Source of the DNA: a virus
Taxonomy: Duplodnaviria > Caudoviricetes
IMG/VR virus record: IMGVR_UViG_3300043414_000124
Span: 1 to 26,336 of that record
Direction: 5' to 3' (one strand)
Length of the DNA: 26,336 nt
This document shows positions 9,375-18,821 of this stretch, one piece after another (within the stretch, counting starts at the first letter, position 1; every line of letters starts with the position of its first letter). A program made the position numbers and the translations under genes. The notes below the pieces were generated by a model. It worked only from the letters and a program-made list of their open reading frames with translations, had not been told where the DNA came from and did no database searches.

Positions 9375-10033
9375 GATGGGCTATGGCTGGTAGCGCCGTA
9401 TTAGGCTACTTAGGTTCTCAAAAACAAGCTGGGGCGGCACAACAAGCCGCGCAAATGCAATCAGATGCGACTCAGCGAGCCGCTGACCAGCAGATGCAGA
9501 TGTTCAATATTCAAAATGAACAGCAAGCACCTTACCGACAAGCTGGCTACAGTGCATTGACTAACATAAAAGATATGCTGCCGTATCTGACCAAACAGGT
9601 CACAGCACAAGACTTGAGTTCAATGCCAGGTTTTACGTTTGGCTTAAATCAAGGCGTGGGCGCAGCCGGTCAAGCCGCAAATGTGGGCGGTGGTGGTTCT
9701 AATGTAGACACCGCACAGCGAAAATTTGCTATTGATTACGCGACCAATGTTGGAATGCCTCAATATTTGAATCAACGAACCGGCATCTACAATACCTTGG
9801 CGGGAATTGCTGGCATAGGCCAAACCGCACAAGGTCAAACACAAGCATTGGGTCAAGCTACTGCTGGAAACATTGGACAGCTTGGCATTGGCGGTGCAAG
9901 CGCACTTGGTGCTGGTCAGATTAATGCAGCCAACGCAAACGCCGCTGGTTTACAAGGAATAGGAAATCAAGCAAGTTTGTATTCATTGCTGCGTGGAAAT
10001 CAGCCGCTAGTCCAAGCCATTCCACTAGGTTAA
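9365..10033 (+). CDS. DNA ejection (pilot) protein, P22 gp7-like
   Basis: 222 aa, G/A/Q-rich, with a hydrophobic N-terminus and 'QAPYRQAG..AL' and 'PGFTFGL.QG' motifs. First of three ejection genes. Confidence 0.75.
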   Translation: MPLGWAMAGSAVLGYLGSQKQAGAAQQAAQMQSDATQRAADQQMQMFNIQNEQQAPYRQAGYSALTNIKDMLPYLTKQVTAQDLSSMPGFTFGLNQGVGAAGQAANVGGGGSNVDTAQRKFAIDYATNVGMPQYLNQRTGIYNTLAGIAGIGQTAQGQTQALGQATAGNIGQLGIGGASALGAGQINAANANAAGLQGIGNQASLYSLLRGNQPLVQAIPLG

Positions 10034-10042
10034 AGGTTGTAT

Positions 10043-11560
10043 ATGGCAGACTTTTCAATTCCAACCCTACCGCAAATAACGCCACCACCGCAAATGTCCC
10101 TTGGGGACATGGTGAACACTGCTCGAGCCGCACAAGCCTATCAGCAGGCCGCGCAAGTCAATCCTTTGGCTTTACAACAACAAGCCGCCACAACTCAAAC
10201 CGCACAACAAAGCGCTGAAACTGGTGGCATTGGTTTAGACATAACAAAACAACAAAATTTGGAACGTAAAAATTTACAAACTTTTTTTTCTGAGCCTGCA
10301 AATTTTCAAACAGATGGTCGCATAGACATTAACAAAATCAATAAATTTGTTCCTACAATTGCACCGTTAACCGGTTCTGAATACATTAAAAATCTTAGTG
10401 ATTTAAGCACGGCGCAAACGGCAGCAGAAAAAGCATCATTGGGTTTAAACCAAGAAAACCGCCAATTGATTGCTTCTACATTAGGCATTCAAGGCCGTGC
10501 TGGTGTTACCGATCCGCAAGCGGCTATTAGTGAAATGCGGATGTTGGTAGATCAAAACCCTAACAATAAATATTTAAAAAGTTTGGTTGAAGATGCCTAT
10601 GTGCCTATTTTTTCAAAAATGCAACCAGGGCCACAAGTTGCGGATGCATTGATTAAAGCTAGTCAATCTATCTTAAATCCTACACAACAACAGCAAACAT
10701 TTGCCCCAACTGTTCAGACAGCAGAAAGTGGAAGAACGGTAACCACCACGCCAGGTGTTGGCGCAAATCTTCCAACATCAACAATCGGATTTGCTGGAGG
10801 AATGCAAGGCGTTGCGCCTGCGGTTTCTGCGACAAATGCGCCTATCACTGCTGGCACTCAAATTGCGCCAGGTATGCGCGTTCCTTATCCTGTTCGAAGC
10901 GCATCTCAGCCTTATATCCAAGAACCTACAGAAGCGAAAGATCAGGCCGCTGGTGCTGAATATCGCAATAGCTTAGTCACGGGTCAAATGGGTCTAACGC
11001 AAGGTCGCCGAAACGTCCAAGAAGTTATGGATCAAGCCACCAAAATTGGCAATGAATTGTATTTTGCAAAAGGCGGTATTCCAGGGCAAATTGAACAGAA
11101 AATCCGTATGGCTATTGGAAGCGACCAATATGATATGTTGGCTAAAGACTTGGCAAACATGGCTATTACCAACTCCAAGGCAATGGGCAATGTTGGTGGC
11201 ACAGTTGCTGGTTTAGACATGGCTGCGGTGGCTAATGGAACAATCAAAGTGCCGCCCGATGTGTTGACAAAAATTGCGCGTAGGGTTCAAGCCGATCAGA
11301 CCAACCTTGATATGCAGGCCAATGGCGCACAGAAATTTTCGGAAAAGTTTGGCGACAACAACATGAAGGCTTATCAACAAGCATGGAATGCCAATGCTGA
11401 TAGCAAGATTTTTGAAGCTATGAACATTACAAAAGGCGTGACTGATCCAGCTAAGTTAAAAACTGAACTGAATAGGTTGTTTCCTAACCCTAACGAATAC
11501 CAAGATTTTTTAACAAAATATCGAAACATTAAAAAACTGTCTGAAACAGGGAGTTTGTAA
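10043..11560 (+). CDS. DNA ejection protein (gp20 position)
   Basis: About 505 aa, Q/A-rich and helical, between the gp7-like and SLT-bearing genes. ATG 10043 follows AAAGG. Confidence 0.62.
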   Translation: MADFSIPTLPQITPPPQMSLGDMVNTARAAQAYQQAAQVNPLALQQQAATTQTAQQSAETGGIGLDITKQQNLERKNLQTFFSEPANFQTDGRIDINKINKFVPTIAPLTGSEYIKNLSDLSTAQTAAEKASLGLNQENRQLIASTLGIQGRAGVTDPQAAISEMRMLVDQNPNNKYLKSLVEDAYVPIFSKMQPGPQVADALIKASQSILNPTQQQQTFAPTVQTAESGRTVTTTPGVGANLPTSTIGFAGGMQGVAPAVSATNAPITAGTQIAPGMRVPYPVRSASQPYIQEPTEAKDQAAGAEYRNSLVTGQMGLTQGRRNVQEVMDQATKIGNELYFAKGGIPGQIEQKIRMAIGSDQYDMLAKDLANMAITNSKAMGNVGGTVAGLDMAAVANGTIKVPPDVLTKIARRVQADQTNLDMQANGAQKFSEKFGDNNMKAYQQAWNANADSKIFEAMNITKGVTDPAKLKTELNRLFPNPNEYQDFLTKYRNIKKLSETGSL

Positions 11561-14224
11561 ATGGATGTCTTAGAACAATTCCTTGGCGGTGGTCAGGCAA
11601 CCGCGCCTAATCAACCGCAAAAAAATGCATCTGTTGTAACAGAACAGCTATTGGACAGCCTGCGCCGCGTTGAAAGCGGCAAGGACAAATTTGCTTTGAA
11701 TAAAGAAACCAAAGCAATGGGGCCGTATCAATTTATGCCTGAGACTGTGCAAATGCTGCACAAACAAGGCATTGAATTTAATCCGTTCAATGAGCAACAA
11801 GCCCGTGAAGCAGCAAAAACTTACCTTGGTCAATTGGTTGATCGAAACAAAGGTGATGTAAATAAAGCCTTGGCGCAATATGGTGGATTTGTCACCAAAG
11901 ACCCAACCGACTATGTGAAAAAGGTAACGCAAGGCCAACCTAGCGCACCAGCCGCACAATCCACGCAACTTACGCAACCTAGCGCAGCTGACCCGTTAGA
12001 GGCATTTTTCTCTAACAAGCCAGTGACCCCTACGACTCAAGCAGCACCGGCTGATATTGGCACTAGAGGCACGGCAGAAGGCACGATGGAGGGTTATGTG
12101 CCAAGGCCAAGCGTTGGCCCAGTTGCAAGCACTGTAAGCGGGTTGGTAAACAAATACCTACAGACCAAAAAAGACATTGGCGAAAGAGTGGCGGGTGCTA
12201 TTGACACCGCATATAGCGTTGTTCCTGCTACTTATGGTGCTGGTGTCCAAGCGATTGCACGACTAGCCCAAACGCCTGCACAAGCAGAACAAACAGGGCA
12301 AGCCGCCGCCGCAAGCATTGAAAAGCCTTTGGGCAAAGCATTAGGCATCACTAGCAAAGAAACATATCAACAGCCGTTAGGTGGCATGACGCAACCGATT
12401 GCCGAGCAAGTTAACAAGATGTTTAACGTGCTAGGAATGACACCAGAGCAGATTTCTGAAAAAACTGGGATACCGCCACAAGACATTAGAAACATGGTGG
12501 TGCTTACTGGGGCCGCTGTACCAAAAGCAGCCCAAGAAGTTGGCGCAGTTGTTAAGCCAGCAGTCCAAGCGGTAACCGCACCTATCAAGGCAGCAGCGGC
12601 AGAGTTGCAAGTAGTCAAGCCAGGCCAATTGACTTCAGCAGAAGCACAAGCCCAATTTGCGTCACGGCAAGCACCAGAAGGAAGTGCGGGCGCAGCTGCC
12701 GCCGCAAACAATCCGTTTGCTGGAAAAATTACGGGCGAGGAAACGGTGCGCGGTCAATTTCCGCAAGTCAAATTGTCTAAGACTCCAAATGATGTGCCTG
12801 TCAATGAACAAAGATTGCGTTCGCAAATTGTCCAAGAAGTTGCACCAGAAACCGGTGTTCGGCCTGGCGTTGTTACCGGCAATGAAAATACTTTGCGGAC
12901 TGAGTACACCAAAGCAAAGATGGACACGCCAGAAGGCAATCTATTTAAGCAACAGATTGCCAATGAACAAAACGCCTTGTCTAAGTTTGCCGAAGATCGC
13001 GTAAACGCTACCGGCGCATCCACTAGGCTTATCAATGACGAACAACGTGGAACAACTATTAATGATGTGTTTCATGGTATGTCAGCTGCGGATGAAGCAC
13101 CGACTAGCATCACGGGTTATTTAAACCAAGCCAAAAAACAAGTTTACGATTCAGCGTTCAAAAAAGTTGGTAACAACCAAATTGCAACATCACACATTGA
13201 TGACTTGTTAAAAGACCCGCAATGGGCTGCTGGCCTAAAAATCAAAGGTGTTGAAGGTGTCCAATCTGCTGCTCAAGAATATTTGAAATTAGCTAAGACG
13301 GTTGGATTTAAAGATGCCAATGATGTTTTGCATCCACCTGGCTCTGTTGCCGCTTATGACGCTGTTCGTAAAGCCATGAATGCCGAATGGACACCTCAAA
13401 ATGCACGGGCAATCCAAAAGGTAAACCAAGCAATTGACCAAGACATTGCATCAGTTGCTGATCCTGCGCTTTACAAACTTGGCGACAAAATCCATCAAGT
13501 TGAAAAAACCATTCTTGGCTCTAAAGGCATCAAGACTTTGTTTGGTGAGACAGATGCAAACGGTGTTGTTACATCGTCCACGGCATTGGAAAAAATCCCA
13601 ACCAAGTTAAACAATTTGCCAAAAGATCAATGGCGGCACATTCGAGACACTTTGAACGAATTGGCAAATGGTCGCGTTCGAGGCGCACCGGAAGGAATGC
13701 CGCCCGTTCCGCAAGAGTTACGTCAAGCAGCAACCGCAGCAGTGGCTGAGATTGATGGTGCTTTGGCTCGTGAAGTGCAAAATGCTGGCGCGTCCAAAAT
13801 GGGTGAATGGAATCAAAATAGCGCCAACAAAGTAATGAATTCGGTTGTTGGTCAAAAAATATTAGAAACATTCCCGCCTGATGAAGTGCGTAAGTTTCAT
13901 GTTTTGAACTACGCGGGACACTTGATGCCTGGCATTCACGGCTATGAAGGCGCAGGATTGCAAGCTAGGCGCGTTGGCATCATTGAAGGCAACTTAGGAA
14001 AGCTAGGCACAGGCGCTGGCGCAGCAATAGGCGGCGCAATTGGAGAAGGCCCAGGCGCAGTAGTTGGCGGCTACCTTGGCGGCAAAGCGGGTGTTCAAGT
14101 ATCTGAAAAAATGGCAAGCAAAGCATTGTCTAAAGAGGCGTTAAAAGCCCAAAAAGAAATGCAAAAGGCTGCGGCACTTGGCAAACAAACCGGCTCAAAC
14201 AAAATTCAAAATTTAGGACAATGA
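11561..14224 (+). CDS. Large DNA ejection protein with N-terminal lytic transglycosylase (SLT) domain (gp16 position)
   Basis: LRRVESG (catalytic Glu), AMGPYQFMPET and ALAQYGG are SLT motifs I-III. The remainder is A/Q-rich with a C-terminal glycine-zipper (GAGAAIGGAIG..PGAVVGGYLGG). Confidence 0.82.
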   Translation: MDVLEQFLGGGQATAPNQPQKNASVVTEQLLDSLRRVESGKDKFALNKETKAMGPYQFMPETVQMLHKQGIEFNPFNEQQAREAAKTYLGQLVDRNKGDVNKALAQYGGFVTKDPTDYVKKVTQGQPSAPAAQSTQLTQPSAADPLEAFFSNKPVTPTTQAAPADIGTRGTAEGTMEGYVPRPSVGPVASTVSGLVNKYLQTKKDIGERVAGAIDTAYSVVPATYGAGVQAIARLAQTPAQAEQTGQAAAASIEKPLGKALGITSKETYQQPLGGMTQPIAEQVNKMFNVLGMTPEQISEKTGIPPQDIRNMVVLTGAAVPKAAQEVGAVVKPAVQAVTAPIKAAAAELQVVKPGQLTSAEAQAQFASRQAPEGSAGAAAAANNPFAGKITGEETVRGQFPQVKLSKTPNDVPVNEQRLRSQIVQEVAPETGVRPGVVTGNENTLRTEYTKAKMDTPEGNLFKQQIANEQNALSKFAEDRVNATGASTRLINDEQRGTTINDVFHGMSAADEAPTSITGYLNQAKKQVYDSAFKKVGNNQIATSHIDDLLKDPQWAAGLKIKGVEGVQSAAQEYLKLAKTVGFKDANDVLHPPGSVAAYDAVRKAMNAEWTPQNARAIQKVNQAIDQDIASVADPALYKLGDKIHQVEKTILGSKGIKTLFGETDANGVVTSSTALEKIPTKLNNLPKDQWRHIRDTLNELANGRVRGAPEGMPPVPQELRQAATAAVAEIDGALAREVQNAGASKMGEWNQNSANKVMNSVVGQKILETFPPDEVRKFHVLNYAGHLMPGIHGYEGAGLQARRVGIIEGNLGKLGTGAGAAIGGAIGEGPGAVVGGYLGGKAGVQVSEKMASKALSKEALKAQKEMQKAAALGKQTGSNKIQNLGQ

Positions 14225-14454
14225 TGGCTACTGAAATTGACTTAGTAAAGTATGGCGTTCTTTGGCAAAAGGTCGAGGACTATGAGCGCCGCTTTGACCA
14301 AATGGACAGCAAGATTGACAAGCTGGAAGCATCTATTGAAAAGTTAGTCGCTCTTGCCAATCAATCTAAAGGCGGGTTTTGGATGGGCATGGCTATCGTT
14401 TCCGCTTTATCTACTGCGGGCGGTTGGATTCTGCATTGGTTCAGCAAAGGCTAA
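14221..14454 (+). CDS. Small coiled-coil plus C-terminal TM protein (XhlA/holin-like)
   Basis: Heptad region then ANQSKGGFWMGMAIVSALSTAGGWILHW transmembrane helix. First gene of the lysis cluster. Confidence 0.6.
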   Translation: MMATEIDLVKYGVLWQKVEDYERRFDQMDSKIDKLEASIEKLVALANQSKGGFWMGMAIVSALSTAGGWILHWFSKG

Positions 14455-14467
14455 ATGCCCATGCTAA

Positions 14468-14743
14468 ATGAAATGGCTTATTCCCCTTATTTTGTTGTCG
14501 TTTGTCTATGGCGCTACCGTCAAACGCGAATGCAGCGTCAGCGATTTTGTAAACATTGCGTATAGCAATCACAACACAAAGGAACGACATGATCGAATTA
14601 TTGAATGGCTGGATGACTCAGGCCAAGTCTGCACTAAAGAGCAGCTGGAGCGCATTTACGCGAATCTGGCGCAAGTCTTAGGCGTTGCGGACACTGTAAA
14701 AATCAGAGCAAAGATTGAGAAACTTTATGAACGAGCAAAATGA
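14468..14743 (+). CDS. Hypothetical exported protein in the lysis cassette
   Basis: MKWLIPLILLSFVYGA signal-peptide-like N-terminus, two Cys, helical body. Confidence 0.55.
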   Translation: MKWLIPLILLSFVYGATVKRECSVSDFVNIAYSNHNTKERHDRIIEWLDDSGQVCTKEQLERIYANLAQVLGVADTVKIRAKIEKLYERAK

Positions 14744-14966
14744 TTCCTGGTTAGCCAAGAACATCCAGCCGGTGACGGTTGCGTTCTTGCTGTTCTCCTA
14801 CTTCTTTTTTGCGCTGCTGTCGGTCTTCAATCTGGAGACCCGTGGCGCTTATGTTGACCTACTGGGTCAGGCCATGATTATCGTTATCACTGCCATCTTT
14901 GCAGGAAAGACCGCAGAGAAGATTGTTGACATCCGCACCAACAAAGGAACACCCAATGGCACTTGA
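14727..14966 (+). CDS. Holin-like membrane protein (2 TM)
   Basis: DSWLAKNIQP motif followed by two hydrophobic helices and FAGKTAEKI, resembling the membrane half of 3TM/GTA-type holins. Confidence 0.6.
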   Translation: MNEQNDSWLAKNIQPVTVAFLLFSYFFFALLSVFNLETRGAYVDLLGQAMIIVITAIFAGKTAEKIVDIRTNKGTPNGT

Positions 14967-15363
14967 TCCACTATCAGCATTACTCGACATTGGCGGCAAG
15001 GTCATTGACCGTGTGTGGCCTGACCCTGAGAAGGCTGCGGCTGCAAAGCTGGAACTGTTCAAAATGCAGCAGTCAGGTGAGCTTGCTGCAATGGCTGGGC
15101 AACTAGCCATCAACAAAGCAGAGGCGGCTAACCCTAGCGTCTTTGTCAGCGGCTGGCGACCAGGCATAGGTTGGGTTTGTGGCGCAGGCTTTGCCGTTCA
15201 GTTTGTCATTGGCCCATTAGCAGAATGGGGAAGTGCGCTGTACGGCGTTCCCGTTAAGTTTCCGCAGATGGATATGGGCACGATGATGCCTTTGCTTTTG
15301 GGAATGCTTGGTCTGGGCGGTATGCGTACTGCTGAAAAACTCCAAGGCGTGGCGGCAAAATGA
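14956..15363 (+). CDS. Holin, 3TM (gene-transfer-agent type)
   Basis: GGKVIDRVWPDPE..A.AKLEL, NKAEAA.PS.FVSGWRP.IGWVC and LLLGMLGLGGMRTAEK are the family signature. ATG 14956 follows AAGGA. Confidence 0.85.
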   Translation: MALDPLSALLDIGGKVIDRVWPDPEKAAAAKLELFKMQQSGELAAMAGQLAINKAEAANPSVFVSGWRPGIGWVCGAGFAVQFVIGPLAEWGSALYGVPVKFPQMDMGTMMPLLLGMLGLGGMRTAEKLQGVAAK

Positions 15364-15881
15364 ACGCAAATTTTGATGCGTCTTTTGAGCGCGTAATGAA
15401 GTCTGAGGGCGGCTACGTTTGGGACAAAGATGATGCTGGCGGTGAGACTAACTTAGGCGTTACCGCAGGCGCATGGGGCGCTTACCTTGGCAGATCATTA
15501 GAGCCAGGCGAAATGAAAGCCTTAACAAAGGAAACAGTCAAGCCATTCTATCGACAGATGTATTGGGATAAGGTTAAGGGTGACAACTTGCCCACGGGCG
15601 TTGATTACGCCGTTTTTGACTTTGCTGTAAACGCAGGGGTAAGCAGGGCCGCAAAATTTCTCCAAAGGGCTGTAGGGGCCGTAGATGACGGTGTTATTGG
15701 CTCGGGCACTTTGGGTAAAGTTGCTGCAATTAACCCGCAAAAAATACTTGATAACTTTGCAGACCAAAAGCAGCGTTTTTACAATGGTTTGGCAACCAGC
15801 TCAACCCAACAGAAATTTCTAAAGGGTTGGCTGGCCCGTGTAGACCAGGTGCAGACCGCAGCAGAATCAATGCTTGCGTGA
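15360..15881 (+). CDS. Endolysin, glycoside hydrolase family 108 with C-terminal peptidoglycan-binding domain
   Basis: EGGYV..(K)DD.GGETNLGVT catalytic motif, FDFAVNAG..RA.KFLQ, DG.IG..T, KFLKGWL.RV. Confidence 0.92.
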   Translation: MNANFDASFERVMKSEGGYVWDKDDAGGETNLGVTAGAWGAYLGRSLEPGEMKALTKETVKPFYRQMYWDKVKGDNLPTGVDYAVFDFAVNAGVSRAAKFLQRAVGAVDDGVIGSGTLGKVAAINPQKILDNFADQKQRFYNGLATSSTQQKFLKGWLARVDQVQTAAESMLA

Positions 15882-16049
15882 CATATGAACTAGTGCGGCG
15901 TGCATCAGCGTTGCGCTTTCAATAGCCTCAAGCGTTTTGTTGATAGCTAGTTCGTATTTGTTTTCTAGCACCGCCCAGTGCGCGTCTTTAAGCGCTTTTT
16001 CAGCATCCATGCAAGGTCTAGCGTAGTCAATCATTACTGTTTCATCCAT
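15867..16049 (-). CDS. Hypothetical protein
   Basis: 60 aa (IDYARPCMDAEKALKDAH...), last gene of the leftward operon. SD AAGGAG upstream. Confidence 0.65.
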   Translation of the reverse strand: MDETVMIDYARPCMDAEKALKDAHWAVLENKYELAINKTLEAIESATLMHAALVHMSRKH

Positions 16050-16494
16050 TGTTCTTCTCCTTGAGTTTGGCTTCCGCTAATGTCATTGCGTCAAATACAT
16101 CGCGGTTTGAGGCATCAACAATCATGTCTTTTTCGTCTATGGTCAGCCCTACCCACGGGCGCTGTGGTGGGATGGAATAAAGCGCCATGCCAATAGGCAA
16201 AACCATTGCGCGATTTATGGGGTCGTATGTAAATCTTCCACCATACACCCCAGTTACCCGCGCCACAGGCTCTTGCGCTGGCTGTGCTACGGTGTAAACC
16301 TGACCGCACATATGGCACTGCACAACACCGTTAAATTGATTCCATTTAATTGCGTCTGTATACCCGCAACATGGAAACGACACAGTTTCCTGCAACTTGT
16401 CCGCAGCCGCTTTGCGCTTGGCATCAAAGCCACCACCCCACGCACCCTGTCTACGGGAAAGGTCATCGAACGCCTCGTCCTCTGCATCTTTCAT
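16042..16494 (-). CDS. Hypothetical mosaic early protein (Zn-binding segment; AQPAQEPVA / PQRPWVGLT motifs)
   Basis: PCCGY...VQCHMCG insert. EPVA...LY..PPQRPWVGLT..E...EAKLKEKN pattern is common in betaproteobacterial phage early ORFs. Start chosen at the ATGA overlap. Confidence 0.65.
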   Translation of the reverse strand: MKDAEDEAFDDLSRRQGAWGGGFDAKRKAAADKLQETVSFPCCGYTDAIKWNQFNGVVQCHMCGQVYTVAQPAQEPVARVTGVYGGRFTYDPINRAMVLPIGMALYSIPPQRPWVGLTIDEKDMIVDASNRDVFDAMTLAEAKLKEKNNG

Positions 16495-16604
16495 AAAAAA
16501 CTCCATATGATTAAACCAACGCCACCTACTACGAACAGCACCACCATGACGGTCAACGCTGTGAACAACATACTGACCAGCATGTCATCGTCATCGTCGT
16601 TCAT
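16491..16604 (-). CDS. Small single-pass membrane protein, 37 aa (not in ORF track)
   Basis: MNDDDDDMLVSMLFTALTVMVVLFVVGGVGLIIWSFL*, with ATGA overlaps at both ends. Confidence 0.65.
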   Translation of the reverse strand: MNDDDDDMLVSMLFTALTVMVVLFVVGGVGLIIWSFL

Positions 16605-16831
16605 TTGCCGTCCTCCTCAATCAACTTGGCAATGCGCTTGCGGTCACGCTGTAGGGCTTCAAGCGTCCGTGTCTGTACGGGCATAGCAGTACCAGCAAGC
16701 ACTAACTTAATGCACCGCGCTCGTGTCTGTGCGGCTACCAACTCGGTAAAGCGTTTGAGAAACTTTGGGGTAGCATCAAAACCCCCAGCCTCGCCGGTCA
16801 TGCGAACTATGTCAGCATCTTTGAAGTTCAT
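16601..16831 (-). CDS. Hypothetical protein
   Basis: 76 aa, coupled by ATGA overlaps. DIVRM..EAG....L.RF.ELVAA..R..C pattern. Confidence 0.6.
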   Translation of the reverse strand: MNFKDADIVRMTGEAGGFDATPKFLKRFTELVAAQTRARCIKLVLAGTAMPVQTRTLEALQRDRKRIAKLIEEDGK

Positions 16832-17031
16832 TTCTCCCTCGCTTTCAGCATTGCGTCTGCCACTTCGTATGCGTGTGTTGCAACATCATTCATACTTTCA
16901 TAACTAGTTTTTTCAAACAAAGAAAAACGCATAGCTTCCGCAGCAAAATGGTCACGCAGGGTCATGTCACGGGCAAAGCCGCCTGTCTTGGTCATCCATG
17001 TGGGGTCAATCCATGTGCGATCTTGGTTCAT
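16828..17031 (-). CDS. Conserved small phage protein (MTLRD.FAA.AM...AY..ADAML.AR family)
   Basis: DMTLRDHFAAEAM and AYEVADAMLKARE motifs. SD GGAG before ATG 17031. Confidence 0.7.
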   Translation of the reverse strand: MNQDRTWIDPTWMTKTGGFARDMTLRDHFAAEAMRFSLFEKTSYESMNDVATHAYEVADAMLKAREK

Positions 17032-17032
17032 G

Positions 17033-17251
17033 CTACAAATCTCCACTTTGATGTTCATAAGATTTTCCAACTAAAACTAAATTACCAAAATTATCCATGC
17101 ACATCACGCCCAAATTCTTGTAAATATGCTCAGACTTTTCATCATCGTAAAACCATTGACTTACGTCTTTTAAGTAATGCAAATTGGTGGTTTTCCAATA
17201 CCAACCAACTAATCTTATGTTTTTTGAAAAACCGCTTGTTTCTTTTTTCAT
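17033..17251 (-). CDS. Hypothetical protein (AT-rich)
   Basis: 72 aa from ATG 17251 (SD GGAG, ATGA overlap). Confidence 0.5.
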   Translation of the reverse strand: MKKETSGFSKNIRLVGWYWKTTNLHYLKDVSQWFYDDEKSEHIYKNLGVMCMDNFGNLVLVGKSYEHQSGDL

Positions 17252-17394
17252 TTGCAAGTCTCCGTAAAAATTGCCAACACACTCCCGCAAGGCGGGCAAT
17301 AAGTTGCGTAGCCAATCCAAAAAAACGCAACCATCATCACGGCCCACACGCCAATCAAAGCAAAAATAACTAAGATGGTTTCCATCAATCTCAT
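17248..17394 (-). CDS. Small membrane protein, 48 aa with CPPC (not in ORF track)
   Basis: MRLMETILVIFALIGVWAVMMVAFFWIGYATYCPPCGSVLAIFTETCK*, with ATGA overlaps at both ends. Confidence 0.6.
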   Translation of the reverse strand: MRLMETILVIFALIGVWAVMMVAFFWIGYATYCPPCGSVLAIFTETCK

Positions 17395-17696
17395 ATCAAT
17401 GACCTCTGTTGTGGTTGAAATGCCCATTCCCGTTCGGAACGGTTAGCTAATGATTTAACTGTTTTTCCTGTTAACCCAATCAATCCCTCGCGTTGCATTT
17501 CGGGCAAACGCCTAGCGATCTGGTTACCGTCAAGCATTGCAAAAATAGCAATGCCATCTTTACCTAGTGGGCCTTGTTCTTTCAAGGTTTTTAGGATTAA
17601 CTCAGCATGGCGCTTGGCAAGGTCTTTAGCAGACTCTGCCGCCATCCAGCTGGTCAGCGGATCAAGATTTCGAGCACGGATGTGTTCCATGATCAA
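17391..17696 (-). CDS. Putative winged-helix DNA-binding protein
   Basis: RAR..DP.TS..AA N-terminal motif, then IL..L...GP....IA......NQIARRL.EM...GLI..TG.....R.EREW wHTH pattern. Confidence 0.65.
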   Translation of the reverse strand: MIMEHIRARNLDPLTSWMAAESAKDLAKRHAELILKTLKEQGPLGKDGIAIFAMLDGNQIARRLPEMQREGLIGLTGKTVKSLANRSEREWAFQPQQRSLI

Positions 17697-17944
17697 AAAG
17701 GAAGGTCTTCGTCATTATCTTTAGGAAACCCGTCATCTTTGGGAAATCCGTCTTTTGGTTTAGGCAAGTTCAGATATGCCATTCCGTTCCAGCCACCCTC
17801 AATGATGGGAACCGAGCGCAATTTCATCATTAAACCGGCTTTAGTTTCAATGACTATACCGATGCGTTGATAAGACTTTTTAGTCTCGCCTTGTTTGTTT
17901 TGGTAAGTGCCATCCACTACCGTGATGTCGTATACAACTGCCAT
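17693..17944 (-). CDS. Single-stranded DNA-binding-like protein
   Basis: GTYQNKQGETKKSY..IG beta-rich core with an acidic tail ending DNDEDLPF. Immediately downstream of erf. Confidence 0.65.
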   Translation of the reverse strand: MAVVYDITVVDGTYQNKQGETKKSYQRIGIVIETKAGLMMKLRSVPIIEGGWNGMAYLNLPKPKDGFPKDDGFPKDNDEDLPF

Positions 17945-17946
17945 GA

Positions 17947-18606
17947 TTAACCTTTCGAGAGTTCAGCTTGTTTTTTGATTGCGCTGCGGGTTTTGCTGTC
18001 AAGCATTCCCCAAAGTGCGGTTTTTTCTTCTACGTCCGTGATGCCTTGGAATTCATCTAAAGCACCAATCACATCATTTGCGCTCATGCGCTCATTGATG
18101 GCTGCCGCTACATCAGCAACCACATTCATGCGGTGCGAAGGAACCAGGTCAGTCTTGGTGGCCGAAACCTTTGGCGCTGGCGTGTGCGTGTGTGCATCCG
18201 CATCATTGTCCGATTCAGTTGGAATGCTGAATGCTTGGAAACAAGCGTATTTGTAAGCAGCAGACATGGCTTTATTGGTTGCCTTGTCGCCGCTATCCAT
18301 TGCCTCGCCAAATGTTTTAACGGTGTGTTTGCTGCCATCTTCAGCAGATACAAAATCAAACTCAGCGTCCACGGTGACATAAAACAATGCCCCGCCTTTT
18401 TGAGACACGCGCTCCACGCATTCCCGAGACAAAACCCGTGGAAGAATGCATAGCCCATGTTTTGCTAACAACGGCGCAATGGTGTTGTAAACATCATCAA
18501 TGCCGCGAAAGTTGTATCCGCTGCCTTGCATATTGCGGCGGTCTTTTGTAATGCCAAGCACAGACAAGTCAGCCTGGACATTGTTGATTGCTTTGTAAAC
18601 TTTCAT
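17947..18606 (-). CDS. erf: ERF-family ssDNA annealing recombinase
   Basis: I.KD..N....YNFRGIDDVYN...P.L.KHGL and GEAMDSGDKATNKAMSAAYKYA...F.IPTE...DAD: ERF superfamily signature. Confidence 0.88.
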   Translation of the reverse strand: MKVYKAINNVQADLSVLGITKDRRNMQGSGYNFRGIDDVYNTIAPLLAKHGLCILPRVLSRECVERVSQKGGALFYVTVDAEFDFVSAEDGSKHTVKTFGEAMDSGDKATNKAMSAAYKYACFQAFSIPTESDNDADAHTHTPAPKVSATKTDLVPSHRMNVVADVAAAINERMSANDVIGALDEFQGITDVEEKTALWGMLDSKTRSAIKKQAELSKG

Positions 18607-18821
18607 ATTCGTATTCCTAAGTTTCTAAGTTGTTGTCGAATGCTTTGCACTTCTTTATTTACTTTGCTCCACTCATTTCTAGCTTTTTCCGAATTGGCTA
18701 AACATTCTTCTAATGGAAATTCTTGGCGGTGTTGACTTCCAATTGCATTTATTACATTAGCCGTTGCTTTGTCCAAATCACTATTAGCTTTTTTTAATTT
18801 TGCTTTTAGTTCATCAATCAC
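18603..18821 (-). CDS. Hypothetical coiled-coil protein
   Basis: 72 aa, overlap-coupled, SD GGAGG, AT-rich. Confidence 0.55.
   Translation of the reverse strand: MIDELKAKLKKANSDLDKATANVINAIGSQHRQEFPLEECLANSEKARNEWSKVNKEVQSIRQQLRNLGIRI

Noticed and set aside
17708-17760. Repeat encoding KDGFPKDDGFPKD in the SSB-like tail
   Set aside because: A small in-frame duplication in a disordered acidic tail; ordinary for SSB linkers.
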